Source: an uncultured Bacteroidales bacterium | GTDB lineage: Bacteria; Bacteroidota; Bacteroidia; Bacteroidales; GCA-2748055 | NCBI GenBank assembly: GCA_963779845.1 | Contig: CAVZZV010000001.1 | Span: 182,125-246,124, forward strand | Reading direction: 5' to 3' | Length of the DNA: 64,000 nucleotides | In this document: piece after piece, positions 9,637 to 20,589 of the stretch | Layout of the letters: each line of letters opens with the position of its first letter | Numbering within the stretch: the stretch's first letter is position 1 | Translations under genes and position numbers: made by a program | The notes under the pieces: generated by a model | What the model saw: only the letters and a program-made list of their open reading frames with translations | Databases searched by the model: none | Told to the model about the DNA's origin: nothing

Positions 9637-11019
9637 TTAATCTACTTTATTGGGCAATTCCAGTCCAAAACCTGACACCTTATCTTCTCTTTTGAGCAAA
9701 ATGGCAAAAACAACACCTAAAATGCCCAGGGCGGTAAGCATAAGTACCGGATTGGTATAATCGTAGGTTGCGGTGCCGGCAGCAAGGGTTTCCGGGGTTA
9801 CCTGTGGATTTGATGCATCAAGTACCTTCCCGATAAGGATTGGAAATGCCCAGAGCCCGATATTCTGGATAGAGAACATGAGTCCGTAGGCAGAGCCAAG
9901 GCGGTGTTCCGGAACAATTTTAGCAACCGATGGCCACATGGCTGCAGGAATGAGGGAAAATGCGACTCCCAGCATGAACATGGGCAAGTATGGGGTTATG
10001 CGGGTGAGCCCGAACATGAGATGTACAATTACCAACAGAATAGAACCATATATCATTAGCGTTGCACTTTTTCCCCGGGTATCGGTAAAATATCCAAACA
10101 GTGGGGTAAATAATATGGTACCGAAGGGCAGAATGGAGGTAATTTTGCCGGCAAGAACCACATCAAGCCCAAATTTGTTAGATAGCAGATCTGGTGCAAA
10201 TTTGACGAACGGGAAAACGGCACTGTAAAATGTCACACATAACAGGGAAATGAAGATAAACGATTTATTAGTCAGCAATTTCATGAGATCTGCAAACCGG
10301 AATCTTTCCGTGTCTTCTATTCCCACCCGATAATTGATCTGTTTATCCAGTTTATAGTCATAAAAAAGATATATGAGAAAGGTAATAAGACCAATAAGTA
10401 AAAGCATGGTCCCAAACCAGATGGCCATATACCACCTGGAAGAATGTTCAACGATCTGAGGGGAAACAAACATGGCAAAAGCCATTCCCAATCTTCCAAA
10501 TGCCAGATTCATTCCTAAGGCAAGAGCCAGTTCCTTCCCCTTAAACCATTTTACAATAGCCTTGGTAAAAACCACGATGCTGGTTTCCGCCCCTAAACCA
10601 AAAAGAAAAAATCCGAGAGACATCATTTTTAATGTTGGAGAGTAGGATTGGAGAAAAGAGCTCATAAAGGCATATCCCGGACCGCCATTCACATATAGGT
10701 CTGTAGCCCCGTACGCGGTTAAGGCAGAACCGGCAACCATGAAAATAACAAAGGTCAAACCGGTTATCCGGATCCCTAATTTATCGAGGATTATTCCTCC
10801 TATTACCGCCATGGCCAGGAAAACATTGGGCACTGAATAGGCTGCGACAAAAAAACCATAATCGCTGGATTGCCATCCCAACCGGGTTTGAAGGAGACTC
10901 TTTAATGGCGACAAGGCATCATAAAAGTAATAATTTGCAAACATGGTCAGGCTCACCAGTACCAGGACTAACCATCTCATTGTTTTGGATTCGTTCAGGG
11001 CTCTGCGCATCTCATTCAT
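9637..11019 (-). CDS. MFS transporter, MFSD1-like
   Basis: About 12 TM segments, motif A GGIILDKLGIR, and NYYFYD..P and YSVPNV motifs resembling MFSD1. I prefer ATG 11019 because the track's TTG at 11049 lies inside a TACTTTTG promoter box (11047-11054). Confidence 0.85.
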   Translation of the reverse strand: MNEMRRALNESKTMRWLVLVLVSLTMFANYYFYDALSPLKSLLQTRLGWQSSDYGFFVAAYSVPNVFLAMAVIGGIILDKLGIRITGLTFVIFMVAGSALTAYGATDLYVNGGPGYAFMSSFLQSYSPTLKMMSLGFFLFGLGAETSIVVFTKAIVKWFKGKELALALGMNLAFGRLGMAFAMFVSPQIVEHSSRWYMAIWFGTMLLLIGLITFLIYLFYDYKLDKQINYRVGIEDTERFRFADLMKLLTNKSFIFISLLCVTFYSAVFPFVKFAPDLLSNKFGLDVVLAGKITSILPFGTILFTPLFGYFTDTRGKSATLMIYGSILLVIVHLMFGLTRITPYLPMFMLGVAFSLIPAAMWPSVAKIVPEHRLGSAYGLMFSIQNIGLWAFPILIGKVLDASNPQVTPETLAAGTATYDYTNPVLMLTALGILGVVFAILLKREDKVSGFGLELPNKVD

Positions 11020-11169
11020 AAATATCATTTTTAAATTTGAAGGAATCAAAAGTAGAAAAATCTATGATTTATCCAATATCATAATCTGCAACCAGGATAT
11101 TTACTTCAATTTGTAACTTTGTTTTCCAAAAAAATTTACAAATTTGCCAAAAGCCAAAAAAGTCCCATC

Positions 11170-13077
11170 ATGCAAACAATTAATGAATTCTTTGAATTTT
11201 ACGCCGAAAAATATGCCGGGAACACCCTCATGCTCGAAAAAACAGGGGAGCGTTATAAACCTTCAACTTATCGCGAGATACAGGAAATGGTTCATCAGTT
11301 TGCCGCAGCCCTTATTTCTCTTGGAATGAAAAAAGGGGACCGCGTTTCCCTTATTTCTGAAGGCAGGAATGCCTGGGTTATTTCCGAGCTTGGGATCCTG
11401 TATGCCGGTGGTGTCAATGTTCCTCTTTCCATTAAACTGCAGGATGGAACAGATTTAAAATTCAGGATCAACCATTCAAGATCCAGATTTGTCATTGTTT
11501 CTTCATCGCAGGCCCGGAAACTGGATACTATCAAAGGTGAACTCCCGGCTGTTGAAAAGATAATCTACCTGGATCCCCAGCTTGAGTATATGGAGGATGA
11601 ACTGTTTTTTGGCGAACTGCTCGAAAAAGGTTCGGAATTTATGGATGAAAACCCGGGAGTAATGGAGCAGGCATGGCAGTCAGTTAATAAAGATGATCTT
11701 GCAAATATTTGTTACACTTCTGGCACCACAGCCGATCCGAAAGGTATAATGTTAACCCATCGGAATTATACCGCGAATGTTTTACAGTCGCTAAGCCTTA
11801 TGACCATTCCTGAATACTATCGGACCCTGCTCATTCTTCCCTGGGACCATTCTTTTGCCCATACCGCGGGAATTTTTTCCGTTATTGCCTCAGGGGCAGC
11901 AATGGCATCAGTACAAACCGGATCAAGCCCTATGGAAACCCTTAAAAATATTCCTAAAAACATAAAAGAGGTAAAACCTCACTTTTTATTAAGTGTTCCT
12001 TCACTCGCCAAGAATTTCAGGAAGAATATTGAAAAAAATATCCGGGAAAAAGGCCCGGTCCTTGAAAAACTTTTTAAACATGCCTTGAGCACAGCCTACA
12101 AATACAATGGTATTGGATGGGATAAAGGCAAAGGATGGCGTAGGCTACTCAAACCCTATGTAAAAATGTACGATAAATTAATTTTCAAAAAAATCCGGGA
12201 AGGGTTTGGCGGCAATATCGATTTTTTCGTTGGGGGCGGAGCTCTTTTGGATATTGAACTTCAACGTTTTTTCTATGCAATTGGAATGCCGATGTTCCAG
12301 GGCTATGGTTTGTCCGAGGCTGCACCGGTAATTTCCTCCAATGCGGCACACAGGCATAAATTGGGATCATCAGGTTCTCTGGCCAGTTATATGGAAGTAA
12401 GGATAGAGGATGATGAAGGGAACCCCTTATCTGAAGGTACTAAAGGCGAAATTGTAGTCAAAGGTGAAAACATTATGCCTGGATACTGGGAAAATCAGGA
12501 AGCCTCAAAAGAAGCTTTGAAAAATGGATGGCTGCATACGGGAGACCTGGGATATTTGGATAAGGATGGGTTTCTATACGTTCTGGGCCGGTTTAAAAGC
12601 CTACTTATATCAGACGATGGTGAAAAATATAGTCCTGAAGGGATTGAAGAAGCCTTTACCGAACAATCGAAAACTATCGATCAGGTTATGCTTTATAACA
12701 ACCAGAGCGCTTATACTATAGTTCTTCTCTGGCCTAACCGTGAAGCAATAAAACGGGCCTTACGACAAAACCATATTGATCCATCTTCTCTGAAAGGCGC
12801 AGAAACCGCTCTCGGAATGATTGAATCCGAATTATTGGAATACAGGTCAAATGGGTTGTACGGAGAGATGTTCCCCCAACGCTGGTTGCCGGCAGCTATA
12901 GGTATCCTTCCCGAGGGTTTTACCGAGGACAACCGGATGATGAATTCTACCATGAAAATGGTACGAGGAGCAATAACAGAAAATTATGCCGATTTGATCA
13001 ACTACCTGTATACCCCTGATGCCAAGAATATCCTAAACAAAAGGAACCTGGAAGAAATGGGTAGATTGCTCTCTTAA
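11170..13077 (+). CDS. Long-chain fatty acid--CoA ligase (AMP-binding)
   Basis: YTSGTTADPKG, QGYGLSEAAP, GWLHTGDLG. I prefer ATG 11170 because the TTG at 11119 overlaps a TAACTTTG -7 box (11114-11121). Confidence 0.9.
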   Translation: MQTINEFFEFYAEKYAGNTLMLEKTGERYKPSTYREIQEMVHQFAAALISLGMKKGDRVSLISEGRNAWVISELGILYAGGVNVPLSIKLQDGTDLKFRINHSRSRFVIVSSSQARKLDTIKGELPAVEKIIYLDPQLEYMEDELFFGELLEKGSEFMDENPGVMEQAWQSVNKDDLANICYTSGTTADPKGIMLTHRNYTANVLQSLSLMTIPEYYRTLLILPWDHSFAHTAGIFSVIASGAAMASVQTGSSPMETLKNIPKNIKEVKPHFLLSVPSLAKNFRKNIEKNIREKGPVLEKLFKHALSTAYKYNGIGWDKGKGWRRLLKPYVKMYDKLIFKKIREGFGGNIDFFVGGGALLDIELQRFFYAIGMPMFQGYGLSEAAPVISSNAAHRHKLGSSGSLASYMEVRIEDDEGNPLSEGTKGEIVVKGENIMPGYWENQEASKEALKNGWLHTGDLGYLDKDGFLYVLGRFKSLLISDDGEKYSPEGIEEAFTEQSKTIDQVMLYNNQSAYTIVLLWPNREAIKRALRQNHIDPSSLKGAETALGMIESELLEYRSNGLYGEMFPQRWLPAAIGILPEGFTEDNRMMNSTMKMVRGAITENYADLINYLYTPDAKNILNKRNLEEMGRLLS

Positions 13078-13130
13078 TTTTTACATCCCTGCCGATATCA
13101 ATAAATCTTGATAAATCAGCTTTAAAATAG

Positions 13131-13138
13131 TATTTTTG
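13131..13138 (+). promoter_or_regulatory. Bacteroidota housekeeping promoter -7 box for metH-metF
   Basis: TATTTTTG matches TAnnTTTG, about 100 nt upstream of the metH ATG. Confidence 0.6.
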
Positions 13139-13236
13139 CCGTTTAATACTGAGCTTTACCTGAGCTCTTTCGCTTAAAGCGGAAGATTTGATTTTAAGTA
13201 GCCTGCTTTGGGTTTTTTTCCTCAGTCATAAATCAT

Positions 13237-16200
13237 ATGAATCGAAAAGAATTATTATATAGTTTATTGAAAAAAAAGGTGCTCGTGTTAGACGGGGCCA
13301 TGGGCACAATGATCCAGCGTTACAGACTGGAAGAAAAGGATTTCAGGGCAGATCGCTTCTCTGAATTCCCTTACCCTCTCATCGGTAATAATGACCTTCT
13401 GTCGGTTACGATGCCTGAGATTATTAAAGAGATACACACTGGTTTTCTCGAGGCAGGGGCCGATATTATCGAAACGAACACCTTTAATTCAAACCGTATA
13501 TCCCAGGCCGATTACCATTTAGAAGAGCTGGTATATGAATTAAATGCGGAATCTGCCAGAATTGCTGTAGAAGTCGCCAGCGAATTCTCATTGCGTACTC
13601 CATCTAAACCCAGATTCGTTGCAGGAGCAATAGGCCCTACCAATAAAACCGCTTCCATGTCACCTGATGTCAACGACCCGGGTTTTCGCGCAGTGAATTT
13701 TGATTTCCTTCTGGATACATACTATGAGCAAGTGAAGGCTTTATACGAAAATGGGATTGACATACTTCTCGTGGAAACTATTTTCGATACCCTGAATGCC
13801 AAAGCGGCGATCTATGCTATCCGGAAATTAATGAAGGAGACGGGAGATAAAATTCCCCTGATGATATCCGGCACCATCACTGATGCCAGTGGCAGGACGC
13901 TTTCAGGCCAGAACCTCGAAGCGTTCATGAATTCCGTTTCGCATGTAGAGCTTTTATCCCTCGGACTGAATTGTTCCCTGGGCGCAAAAGAGATGAGACC
14001 TTATCTCGAGGAGCTTTCTTCAAAATTCCCCTCCTATGTTAGTGCCTATCCAAATGCCGGGCTCCCTAATCAGTTTGGCGAATACGACGAAACACCGGAA
14101 GAAATGGGCGGGCATATTAAAGAATTTCTTGATCGTGGCTTTGTAAATATAATTGGCGGTTGCTGTGGGACAACCCCTGACCATATCCGTCAGTTGGCAA
14201 AATTTGCTGAAAATGCCCCGGTCAGGATGCCTGTTCAGAAGGAACATCGGCTAAGGTTATCCGGATTGGAATCTCTTACCTTTTTTGAAGGAAGTAACTT
14301 TATCAATATTGGAGAACGAACGAATGTTTCAGGTTCCAAAAAATTTGCCCGGCTGATCCGCGATAAAAAATATGAGGAAGCGCTGTCGGTGGCCCGCGAT
14401 CAGGTAGAAGGGGGTGCCCAAATCATTGATGTTTGCATGGATGATGCCATGCTCGATGCCGAAAAGGAAATGACGACATTTCTTAACCTGGTCATGGCCG
14501 AGCCTGATATTGCCAGAATTCCCATTATGATTGATTCATCTAAATGGTCGGTAATAAGGGCCGGTCTCAAATGTGTCCAGGGAAAGTCCATCGTCAATTC
14601 CATAAGTTTAAAAGAGGGCGAAAAAGTCTTCCTGGAACATGCTGAAGAGCTTAGAAATTACGGCGCAGCCGCGGTGATCATGGCTTTCGATGAAAAAGGG
14701 CAGGCCGATAACTTCGGGCGACGCATTGAAATTTGTGAGAGGGCCTATAACCTGTTAACCAAAAAGCTGGAGTTCCCTCCTGAAGATATTATTTTTGATC
14801 CGAATGTTCTTGCTGTTGCCACAGGAATAGAGGAGCATAATGCCTATGCACTCGATTTTATACGAACCGTTTCATGGATCAAGGAGAACCTGCCCTATGC
14901 CAGGATCAGCGGGGGTATCAGCAATTTATCCTTTTCCTTTAGGGGAAATGACCCTGTCCGCGAAGCGATGCACTCGGTTTTTTTATACCACGCCATCAAA
15001 GCCGGATTGGATATGGGGATTGTAAACCCTGCCATGTTGCAGGTTTATGATGAAATCGATCCCAAACTGCTCGAACTATGCGAGGATGTAATATTAAACC
15101 GTAGAAACGACGCCACAGAAAGACTGCTGGATTTTGCAAACGGGGTGGAAGCAACAAAAAAAACTGGCAGGGAGGAAGAGGAATGGAGAAAAAGACCCGT
15201 TGAAGAGCGATTGAGCCACGCCCTGGTGAAAGGAATTACTGATTTTGTGGAATCTGATGCACTGGAAGCCCATGAAAAATACAATTTTGCCATTAAGGTA
15301 ATTGAAGGTCCCCTTATGGACGGGATGAACATCGTTGGAGATCTTTTCGGAGCGGGAAAAATGTTTCTCCCGCAAGTGGTAAAGAGCGCCCGGGTCATGA
15401 AAAAAGCTGTAGCGGTACTTCTTCCTTTTATCGAAGAGGAGAAACTAATTGCAGGTGATAGTTCCACGGCAGGAAAAATCCTTCTGGCTACGGTTAAAGG
15501 AGACGTCCACGATATAGGCAAAAATATTGTCGGGGTGGTTTTGGGGTGTAACAACTACCAGGTGATCGATCTGGGGGTAATGGTCCCGACTGAACAGATT
15601 CTTGCCAAAGCCATTGAGGAAAAAGTCGATATCATTGGTCTAAGCGGACTGATAACCCCTTCTCTCGAAGAAATGGCCCACGTAGCCATGGAAATGGAAA
15701 GGCGGAAGTTTACCATCCCCCTGTTAATCGGTGGGGCTACGACCTCAAAAATCCATACCGCGGTAAAAATAGAACCTAATTATACCCATGAGGTAATCCA
15801 TGTTAAGGATGCCTCGCGAAGTATCCAGGTCGTAGGTCAGTTACTGAATAGGGAAACAAAAGAAACTTTTACTTCAGATATCCGAAAAGATTACGAAGAG
15901 TTAAGATTGAAGTATGCCGGAGCTAAGGCCCAGGTTGAATATCTAAGCTTGTCCCGTGCCAGACAAAACAAGCTCCGGCTGGACTGGAACGAGGGCAGGA
16001 TCATGAAGCCCTCTTTCCTTGGGATAAGAAGCTTTAAAAGTTATCCCATTGAAGAAATCAGAAAATATATTTCATGGGTATTTTTCTTCGTGGTTTGGGA
16101 ATTAAGGGGGAAATTCCCTGAACTCCTTAAAGATCCGGTTTTTGGCGAAGAGGCCGGGAAGCTTTTTAAAGATGCCAATGAGATGCTCGATCAGATCATT

Positions 16201-16920
16201 CATGAAAAATGGCTCACGGCCAATGCTGTAGTGGGTTTTTTTCCGGCAAACTCAGTAGGAGACGATATCGAAATATACAAAGATGAAACCCGGAAGGAAA
16301 TTATTGCAAAATTTATCAATTTAAGAAACCAGGCGGTAAGGCCTGATAATGCCCCTAACATTTGTCTGTCCGATTTCATCGCCCCGAAAGATTCTGGCTT
16401 CCCGGATTACATAGGGGCATTCATAACCACCGCCGGAATAGGAATTGAGAAGAAGCTGAAAGAATTTCAGGCCGATCATGACGATTATAGCAGTATAATG
16501 CTTAAAGCCCTCGCCGATCGGCTTGCAGAAGCCTTCACAGAACTTATCCATGAAAGGGTTAGAAAAGAATTCTGGGGATATGCTCCCACGGAAAACCTTT
16601 CATTGCCAGACCTTATCCTCGAAAAATATCAGGGAATCCGTCCTGCCCATGGCTATCCTGCCTGCCCTGACCATTCTGAAAAAGAAACCCTTTTCAAATT
16701 GCTGAATGCTGAGCATAATACCGGAGTTAATCTCACCGAAAGCTTTAGCATGTATCCGGCCGCCTCAGTAAGCGGGCTCATTTTTGCCCATCCCGGATCA
16801 AAGTATTTTTTCGTGGGAAAGGTCGGAAAAGATCAGGTAGTGGATTATGCTTCCCGAAAAGGTGAAAACATGAAGACAATCGAAAGCTGGCTTGCATCGA
16901 ATCTCAATTATAACAAATAA
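13237..16920 (+). CDS. metH: Cobalamin-dependent methionine synthase
   Basis: [31 protein letters not shown]12 motif [16 protein letters not shown] and a C-terminal reactivation domain ([12 protein letters not shown]). Confidence 0.98.
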   Translation: MNRKELLYSLLKKKVLVLDGAMGTMIQRYRLEEKDFRADRFSEFPYPLIGNNDLLSVTMPEIIKEIHTGFLEAGADIIETNTFNSNRISQADYHLEELVYELNAESARIAVEVASEFSLRTPSKPRFVAGAIGPTNKTASMSPDVNDPGFRAVNFDFLLDTYYEQVKALYENGIDILLVETIFDTLNAKAAIYAIRKLMKETGDKIPLMISGTITDASGRTLSGQNLEAFMNSVSHVELLSLGLNCSLGAKEMRPYLEELSSKFPSYVSAYPNAGLPNQFGEYDETPEEMGGHIKEFLDRGFVNIIGGCCGTTPDHIRQLAKFAENAPVRMPVQKEHRLRLSGLESLTFFEGSNFINIGERTNVSGSKKFARLIRDKKYEEALSVARDQVEGGAQIIDVCMDDAMLDAEKEMTTFLNLVMAEPDIARIPIMIDSSKWSVIRAGLKCVQGKSIVNSISLKEGEKVFLEHAEELRNYGAAAVIMAFDEKGQADNFGRRIEICERAYNLLTKKLEFPPEDIIFDPNVLAVATGIEEHNAYALDFIRTVSWIKENLPYARISGGISNLSFSFRGNDPVREAMHSVFLYHAIKAGLDMGIVNPAMLQVYDEIDPKLLELCEDVILNRRNDATERLLDFANGVEATKKTGREEEEWRKRPVEERLSHALVKGITDFVESDALEAHEKYNFAIKVIEGPLMDGMNIVGDLFGAGKMFLPQVVKSARVMKKAVAVLLPFIEEEKLIAGDSSTAGKILLATVKGDVHDIGKNIVGVVLGCNNYQVIDLGVMVPTEQILAKAIEEKVDIIGLSGLITPSLEEMAHVAMEMERRKFTIPLLIGGATTSKIHTAVKIEPNYTHEVIHVKDASRSIQVVGQLLNRETKETFTSDIRKDYEELRLKYAGAKAQVEYLSLSRARQNKLRLDWNEGRIMKPSFLGIRSFKSYPIEEIRKYISWVFFFVVWELRGKFPELLKDPVFGEEAGKLFKDANEMLDQIIHEKWLTANAVVGFFPANSVGDDIEIYKDETRKEIIAKFINLRNQAVRPDNAPNICLSDFIAPKDSGFPDYIGAFITTAGIGIEKKLKEFQADHDDYSSIMLKALADRLAEAFTELIHERVRKEFWGYAPTENLSLPDLILEKYQGIRPAHGYPACPDHSEKETLFKLLNAEHNTGVNLTESFSMYPAASVSGLIFAHPGSKYFFVGKVGKDQVVDYASRKGENMKTIESWLASNLNYNK

Positions 16921-16941
16921 TCCCTAAAAACTAATAATCCA

Positions 16942-17895
16942 GTGAAAGTAGCTGAAACCCTAAAAAACACAAAAGATACCTTATTTTCATTTGAACTTCT
17001 CCCCCCCTTAAAAGGGCGGACCATTGATGATATATACAATGCCATTGACCCTCTGATTGAATTTAATCCGCTGAACATCAACATCACCTTCCATCAACAG
17101 GAATCAGTCTACCGTATGACGGAACAGGGATTGATGGAACGCAAGATCATTAGTAAAAGGCCTGGAACAGTAGCCATCTCGGCTGCTATTATGAAAAAAT
17201 ACAACCAAACCGTTGTGCCCCATGTAATTTGTGGTGGCTTCACAAAAGAAGTAACTGAAGATATGCTCATAGATCTTCATTTCCTTGGGTTGAACAATTT
17301 GCTTGTTTTACGTGGAGATCCCCAAAAAGATCAACGCTCATTTATTCCGGAACATGGAGGGCATGAACACACCTGCCATCTCGTGGAACAAATAATGAAC
17401 ATGAACAAGGGAATCTACCTAGATCCCAACCTGAAGATCGCCACCAAAACGGATTTCTCCATAGGCGTTGCCGGTTACCCCGAAAAGCACTATGAAGCGG
17501 CCAATCGAGAAACCGATATGAAACACCTGAAGGCAAAGGTCGATGCCGGAGCAGAATATATCGTGACCCAGATGTTCTTCAACAACGCATACTTTTTCGA
17601 TTTCGTGGATAAATGCAGGCAGGCCGGGATCACCGTCCCTATTGTCCCGGGTATCAAGCCAATCACTTCGCTCAAGGACATAGAATTGCTCCCGAGGGTT
17701 TTCCATATAGATATCCCCAACGAACTGGTAAGTGAAGTAGAAAAATGCAAGGATAACAATGAAGCCAAACAGGTAGGGGTTGAATGGACCACAAAACAAT
17801 CACTTGAGCTGAAAAAAGCAGGTGTTCCCGCTATCCACTATTATACTATCGGTATTTCAGATAATATACGGAAAATTGCCGGTGCAGTCTTTTAG
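16942..17895 (+). CDS. metF: 5,10-methylenetetrahydrofolate reductase
   Basis: FSFELLPP, LRGDP, VAGYPEKH, KVDAGAEYIVTQMFF. Lies 21 nt after metH. Confidence 0.95.
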   Translation: MKVAETLKNTKDTLFSFELLPPLKGRTIDDIYNAIDPLIEFNPLNINITFHQQESVYRMTEQGLMERKIISKRPGTVAISAAIMKKYNQTVVPHVICGGFTKEVTEDMLIDLHFLGLNNLLVLRGDPQKDQRSFIPEHGGHEHTCHLVEQIMNMNKGIYLDPNLKIATKTDFSIGVAGYPEKHYEAANRETDMKHLKAKVDAGAEYIVTQMFFNNAYFFDFVDKCRQAGITVPIVPGIKPITSLKDIELLPRVFHIDIPNELVSEVEKCKDNNEAKQVGVEWTTKQSLELKKAGVPAIHYYTIGISDNIRKIAGAVF

Positions 17896-17992
17896 GCAAA
17901 TAATATCCGTTTTTTTGAGGAAGAATTTCTCAGGCTTTTTCGTTTTCGCACCTCTATGTTTTCTCTTGAGACGCTTTTGAAAAACCTCTCTA

Positions 17993-18529
17993 TTACCTTT
18001 GATCATTAATTTCTTTCATCCATGCAACTATTTTACCTGCCGCGGGTGATTTGTTTTCTATATCAAAATCTCCTTTGCTTGAAAGGGTTACGAAACGGTA
18101 CAATTTTTCTTCGGCATCATATGTAAAACAATAATAGCTCCTTTGTCCCATATCTGCCCCTCTGGCCTCTTCCGTAAGGGTTCCTTTTGAAGCAGATCCG
18201 ATAAGTTCGTAATTGTAAAATAATTCGGAAGGCTCGATCATGAAAAAAGTGGTATCCGTCTGCATGAAATTCTCCGTCAGCTCTTCCTTAGAAATAAAAC
18301 CACCATCATGAGGGGGGTGCCAGATAAAGTCAGGGTTTCCTTCATTTGAAAAGCCCCGGACTTTTCCCGTGTTATCAATAACCCATCCGTTTATATGGGT
18401 ACCCCAGGCATAATTGCTATAGATATAGGCAAAAAGGTAATCCTGCTGAACCATAGGATCAGGATCATCTTTTTCACATTGGAACGAGAGCAGGATGATT
18501 CCAGTAAATACGATCAGAATTTTTGACAT
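17993..18529 (-). CDS. Hypothetical lipoprotein
   Basis: Signal peptide ending LSFQC followed by acidic EKDD. No family recognised. Confidence 0.7.
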   Translation of the reverse strand: MSKILIVFTGIILLSFQCEKDDPDPMVQQDYLFAYIYSNYAWGTHINGWVIDNTGKVRGFSNEGNPDFIWHPPHDGGFISKEELTENFMQTDTTFFMIEPSELFYNYELIGSASKGTLTEEARGADMGQRSYYCFTYDAEEKLYRFVTLSSKGDFDIENKSPAAGKIVAWMKEINDQR

Positions 18530-18571
18530 TATTTCCTTTATTACAATTTCACTTAGAAATATCTGCTTAAT

Positions 18572-18598
18572 AGATGCAATAAAGAACTATAATGTTGC
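18572..18598 (-). promoter_or_regulatory. Candidate ECF sigma promoter GCAAC-N17-CATCT
   Basis: The minus strand reads gcaac attatagttctttattg catct, about 40 nt upstream of the lipoprotein start. Confidence 0.5.
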
Positions 18599-18618
18599 GT
18601 GACAAATGTTAAAAAACG

Positions 18619-20076
18619 CTATTTCACCGGAATATTTTTGAGAGTTTCAATAAGGTAATTCCAGAATTTCCCAACAGATTCAATATTGACCTTTTCGTCG
18701 GGTGAATGTGGAAAACGAATTGTTGGCCCAAAGGAAATCAGCTCCATGTTTTTATAAACGTCTCCAATTATACCACATTCCAGTCCGGCATGAATCACCT
18801 TAATTTCAGGAACTTTTCCAAAATGCTTTTGATAAACATCTTTCATCGTCCTGAGAATAGTAGAGTTTACATCCGGTTTCCAGCCGGGATAGGAACCATC
18901 ATGGGTCACCTCAGCACCTGCAAGCTCCATAACACTTTGTATCATTGCCCCCACATTTATTTTGGCTGAATCAACCGAGGACCGGACAAGGCACATCAAA
19001 TTAACCTCCCCTCCTTCCGCTTTAACCACGGCCAGATTGGTAGATGTTTCAACGATACCAGGCATTTCAGCACTCATTTCAATAACCCCATTTGGAATTC
19101 CGTAAACCATTCGGACAACCTTCTCTGCAGCCTCCGTATTCATTACAGATGAGGGTTTCTCTGTTTCCCTGGCTGTAAAAATTAAATCAGGCTCAGTAGA
19201 GCTGAACTCCGATTTAAATATGCCCTGGAATTCATTGATAAGCAGGTTAAAATTATCTTTTTCGCTATCAGAAACCATAACTATCGCAAAAGCTTCGCGG
19301 GGTATAGCGTTTCGAAGATTTCCCCCCTCTACCGAAGCAATTCTCAAGCCGGTATCCTCCATTGCTTTCCAAAGAAACCTGAACAATAATTTATTGGCAT
19401 TGGCCCTCCCCATATTAATATCAAGTCCGGAATGCCCTCCTTTTAGCCCTTTTATAGTAACCTCAAATGCCCTCATGTTCGATGGTAAGGCATCCTCCTT
19501 GTAAATCAACCTTCCGGTGGTATTCATCCCTCCGGCACATCCAATATACAATTCCCCTTCGTCCTCAGAATCCAGATTAAGAAGGATATCACCCTCCAGT
19601 ACATCCGGTTGCAATTCAAAAGCACCGGTCATGCCTGTTTCCTCATCAATGGTCAGGAGGACTTCGAGGGGACCGTGCTGAAGCTTATTATCGGCAAGCA
19701 CAGCAAGAGCACAGGCAACTCCTATTCCATTGTCGGAACCCAAGGTTGTTCCTTTAGCTTTTACCCATGACCCATCCACGTAGGCCTGAATAGGATCCCT
19801 ATCAAAATCATGTTTGGTTTCTGAATTTTTCTGTGGAACCATATCCAGATGAGCTTGTAGCACAATCCCCGGGCGGTCCTCATACCCCTTGGCGGATGGC
19901 TTTTTAATGATCACATTGCCAACGTGATCGACCATTGTCTCCAATCCCAGGCTTTCACCAAAGTTTTTGGCGTATTCCACCGCTTTTTGTTCTTTTTTTG
20001 AAGGCCTGGGAATTTGTGTCAGTTCATAGAATATTTCCCATACTTTTTTGGGGGATAAATCTTTTAATGTATTCAT
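18619..20076 (-). CDS. pepD: Aminoacyl-histidine dipeptidase (M20C)
   Basis: LQAHLDMV, TTLGSDNGIG, DEETGMTGA, NLDSEDE, GGHSG, HAGLECG, HSPDE. Confidence 0.96.
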   Translation of the reverse strand: MNTLKDLSPKKVWEIFYELTQIPRPSKKEQKAVEYAKNFGESLGLETMVDHVGNVIIKKPSAKGYEDRPGIVLQAHLDMVPQKNSETKHDFDRDPIQAYVDGSWVKAKGTTLGSDNGIGVACALAVLADNKLQHGPLEVLLTIDEETGMTGAFELQPDVLEGDILLNLDSEDEGELYIGCAGGMNTTGRLIYKEDALPSNMRAFEVTIKGLKGGHSGLDINMGRANANKLLFRFLWKAMEDTGLRIASVEGGNLRNAIPREAFAIVMVSDSEKDNFNLLINEFQGIFKSEFSSTEPDLIFTARETEKPSSVMNTEAAEKVVRMVYGIPNGVIEMSAEMPGIVETSTNLAVVKAEGGEVNLMCLVRSSVDSAKINVGAMIQSVMELAGAEVTHDGSYPGWKPDVNSTILRTMKDVYQKHFGKVPEIKVIHAGLECGIIGDVYKNMELISFGPTIRFPHSPDEKVNIESVGKFWNYLIETLKNIPVK

Positions 20077-20175
20077 GGTCTGTTTTTAATTTCTTTAGAA
20101 AGAGATCCATCGTCTCTGATCGTTATTATTCAATTGTGGAAAGAGAGGAAATTCATGGATTGTCTCCCCCATCTT

Positions 20176-20589
20176 TTATTGTTTGTCTGTTCGCCTTCCT
20201 TTCTCCTCCTCCACAATCTGCCTGAAAGTTATATATTTTCTTTCATAAAGCATGATCATAAATTTCCCCAAACGTTCTTCCATATCTTCTAACTGGCCTG
20301 TATCAATATTATCCAGCTTCCTGATCTGGTCAGCAATTTGTTGCACGTTCCGTTCACCATCCATAAGCTCCCAGGAACTGGTGCCCAGATGATCAAGCCT
20401 AATCCGGTAAAACAAATTTCTGGTCCTGGGAAACAGCGTTAAAACAATCGCTGATTCAAACTTCGGAACCAAAATTACTGCTCTTTTTTCCTCCTCCTTA
20501 TTTTCAATCTCATGACCGACAAACCGAATAGGAATAAGATCCAATGTATTAATGGATTTAAGTATTTTTCTTCGTTCTAAAAAATTCAC
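20176..20589 (-). CDS. Stand-alone PqqD family / RiPP recognition element-like protein
   Basis: LDHLGTSSWELMDGERNVQQIA...EERLGKFMIMLYERKYI fits the PqqD winged-helix pattern L(D/N)xxGxxxWxxxDGxxxVxxI...FLxxL. GTG start. Confidence 0.8.
   Translation of the reverse strand: MNFLERRKILKSINTLDLIPIRFVGHEIENKEEEKRAVILVPKFESAIVLTLFPRTRNLFYRIRLDHLGTSSWELMDGERNVQQIADQIRKLDNIDTGQLEDMEERLGKFMIMLYERKYITFRQIVEEEKGRRTDKQ

Noticed and set aside
9496-9678. About 60-codon plus-strand ORF (MNLLFTPCRVSAK...) as a possible PCAT precursor
   Set aside because: It has no GG-leader motif, runs antisense into the MFS 3' end and shows no recognisable features.
13141-13236. Known SAM-I, SAM-II, SAH or cobalamin riboswitch upstream of metH
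   Set aside because: I could not find their consensus cores. The leader is reported only as an unclassified structured element.
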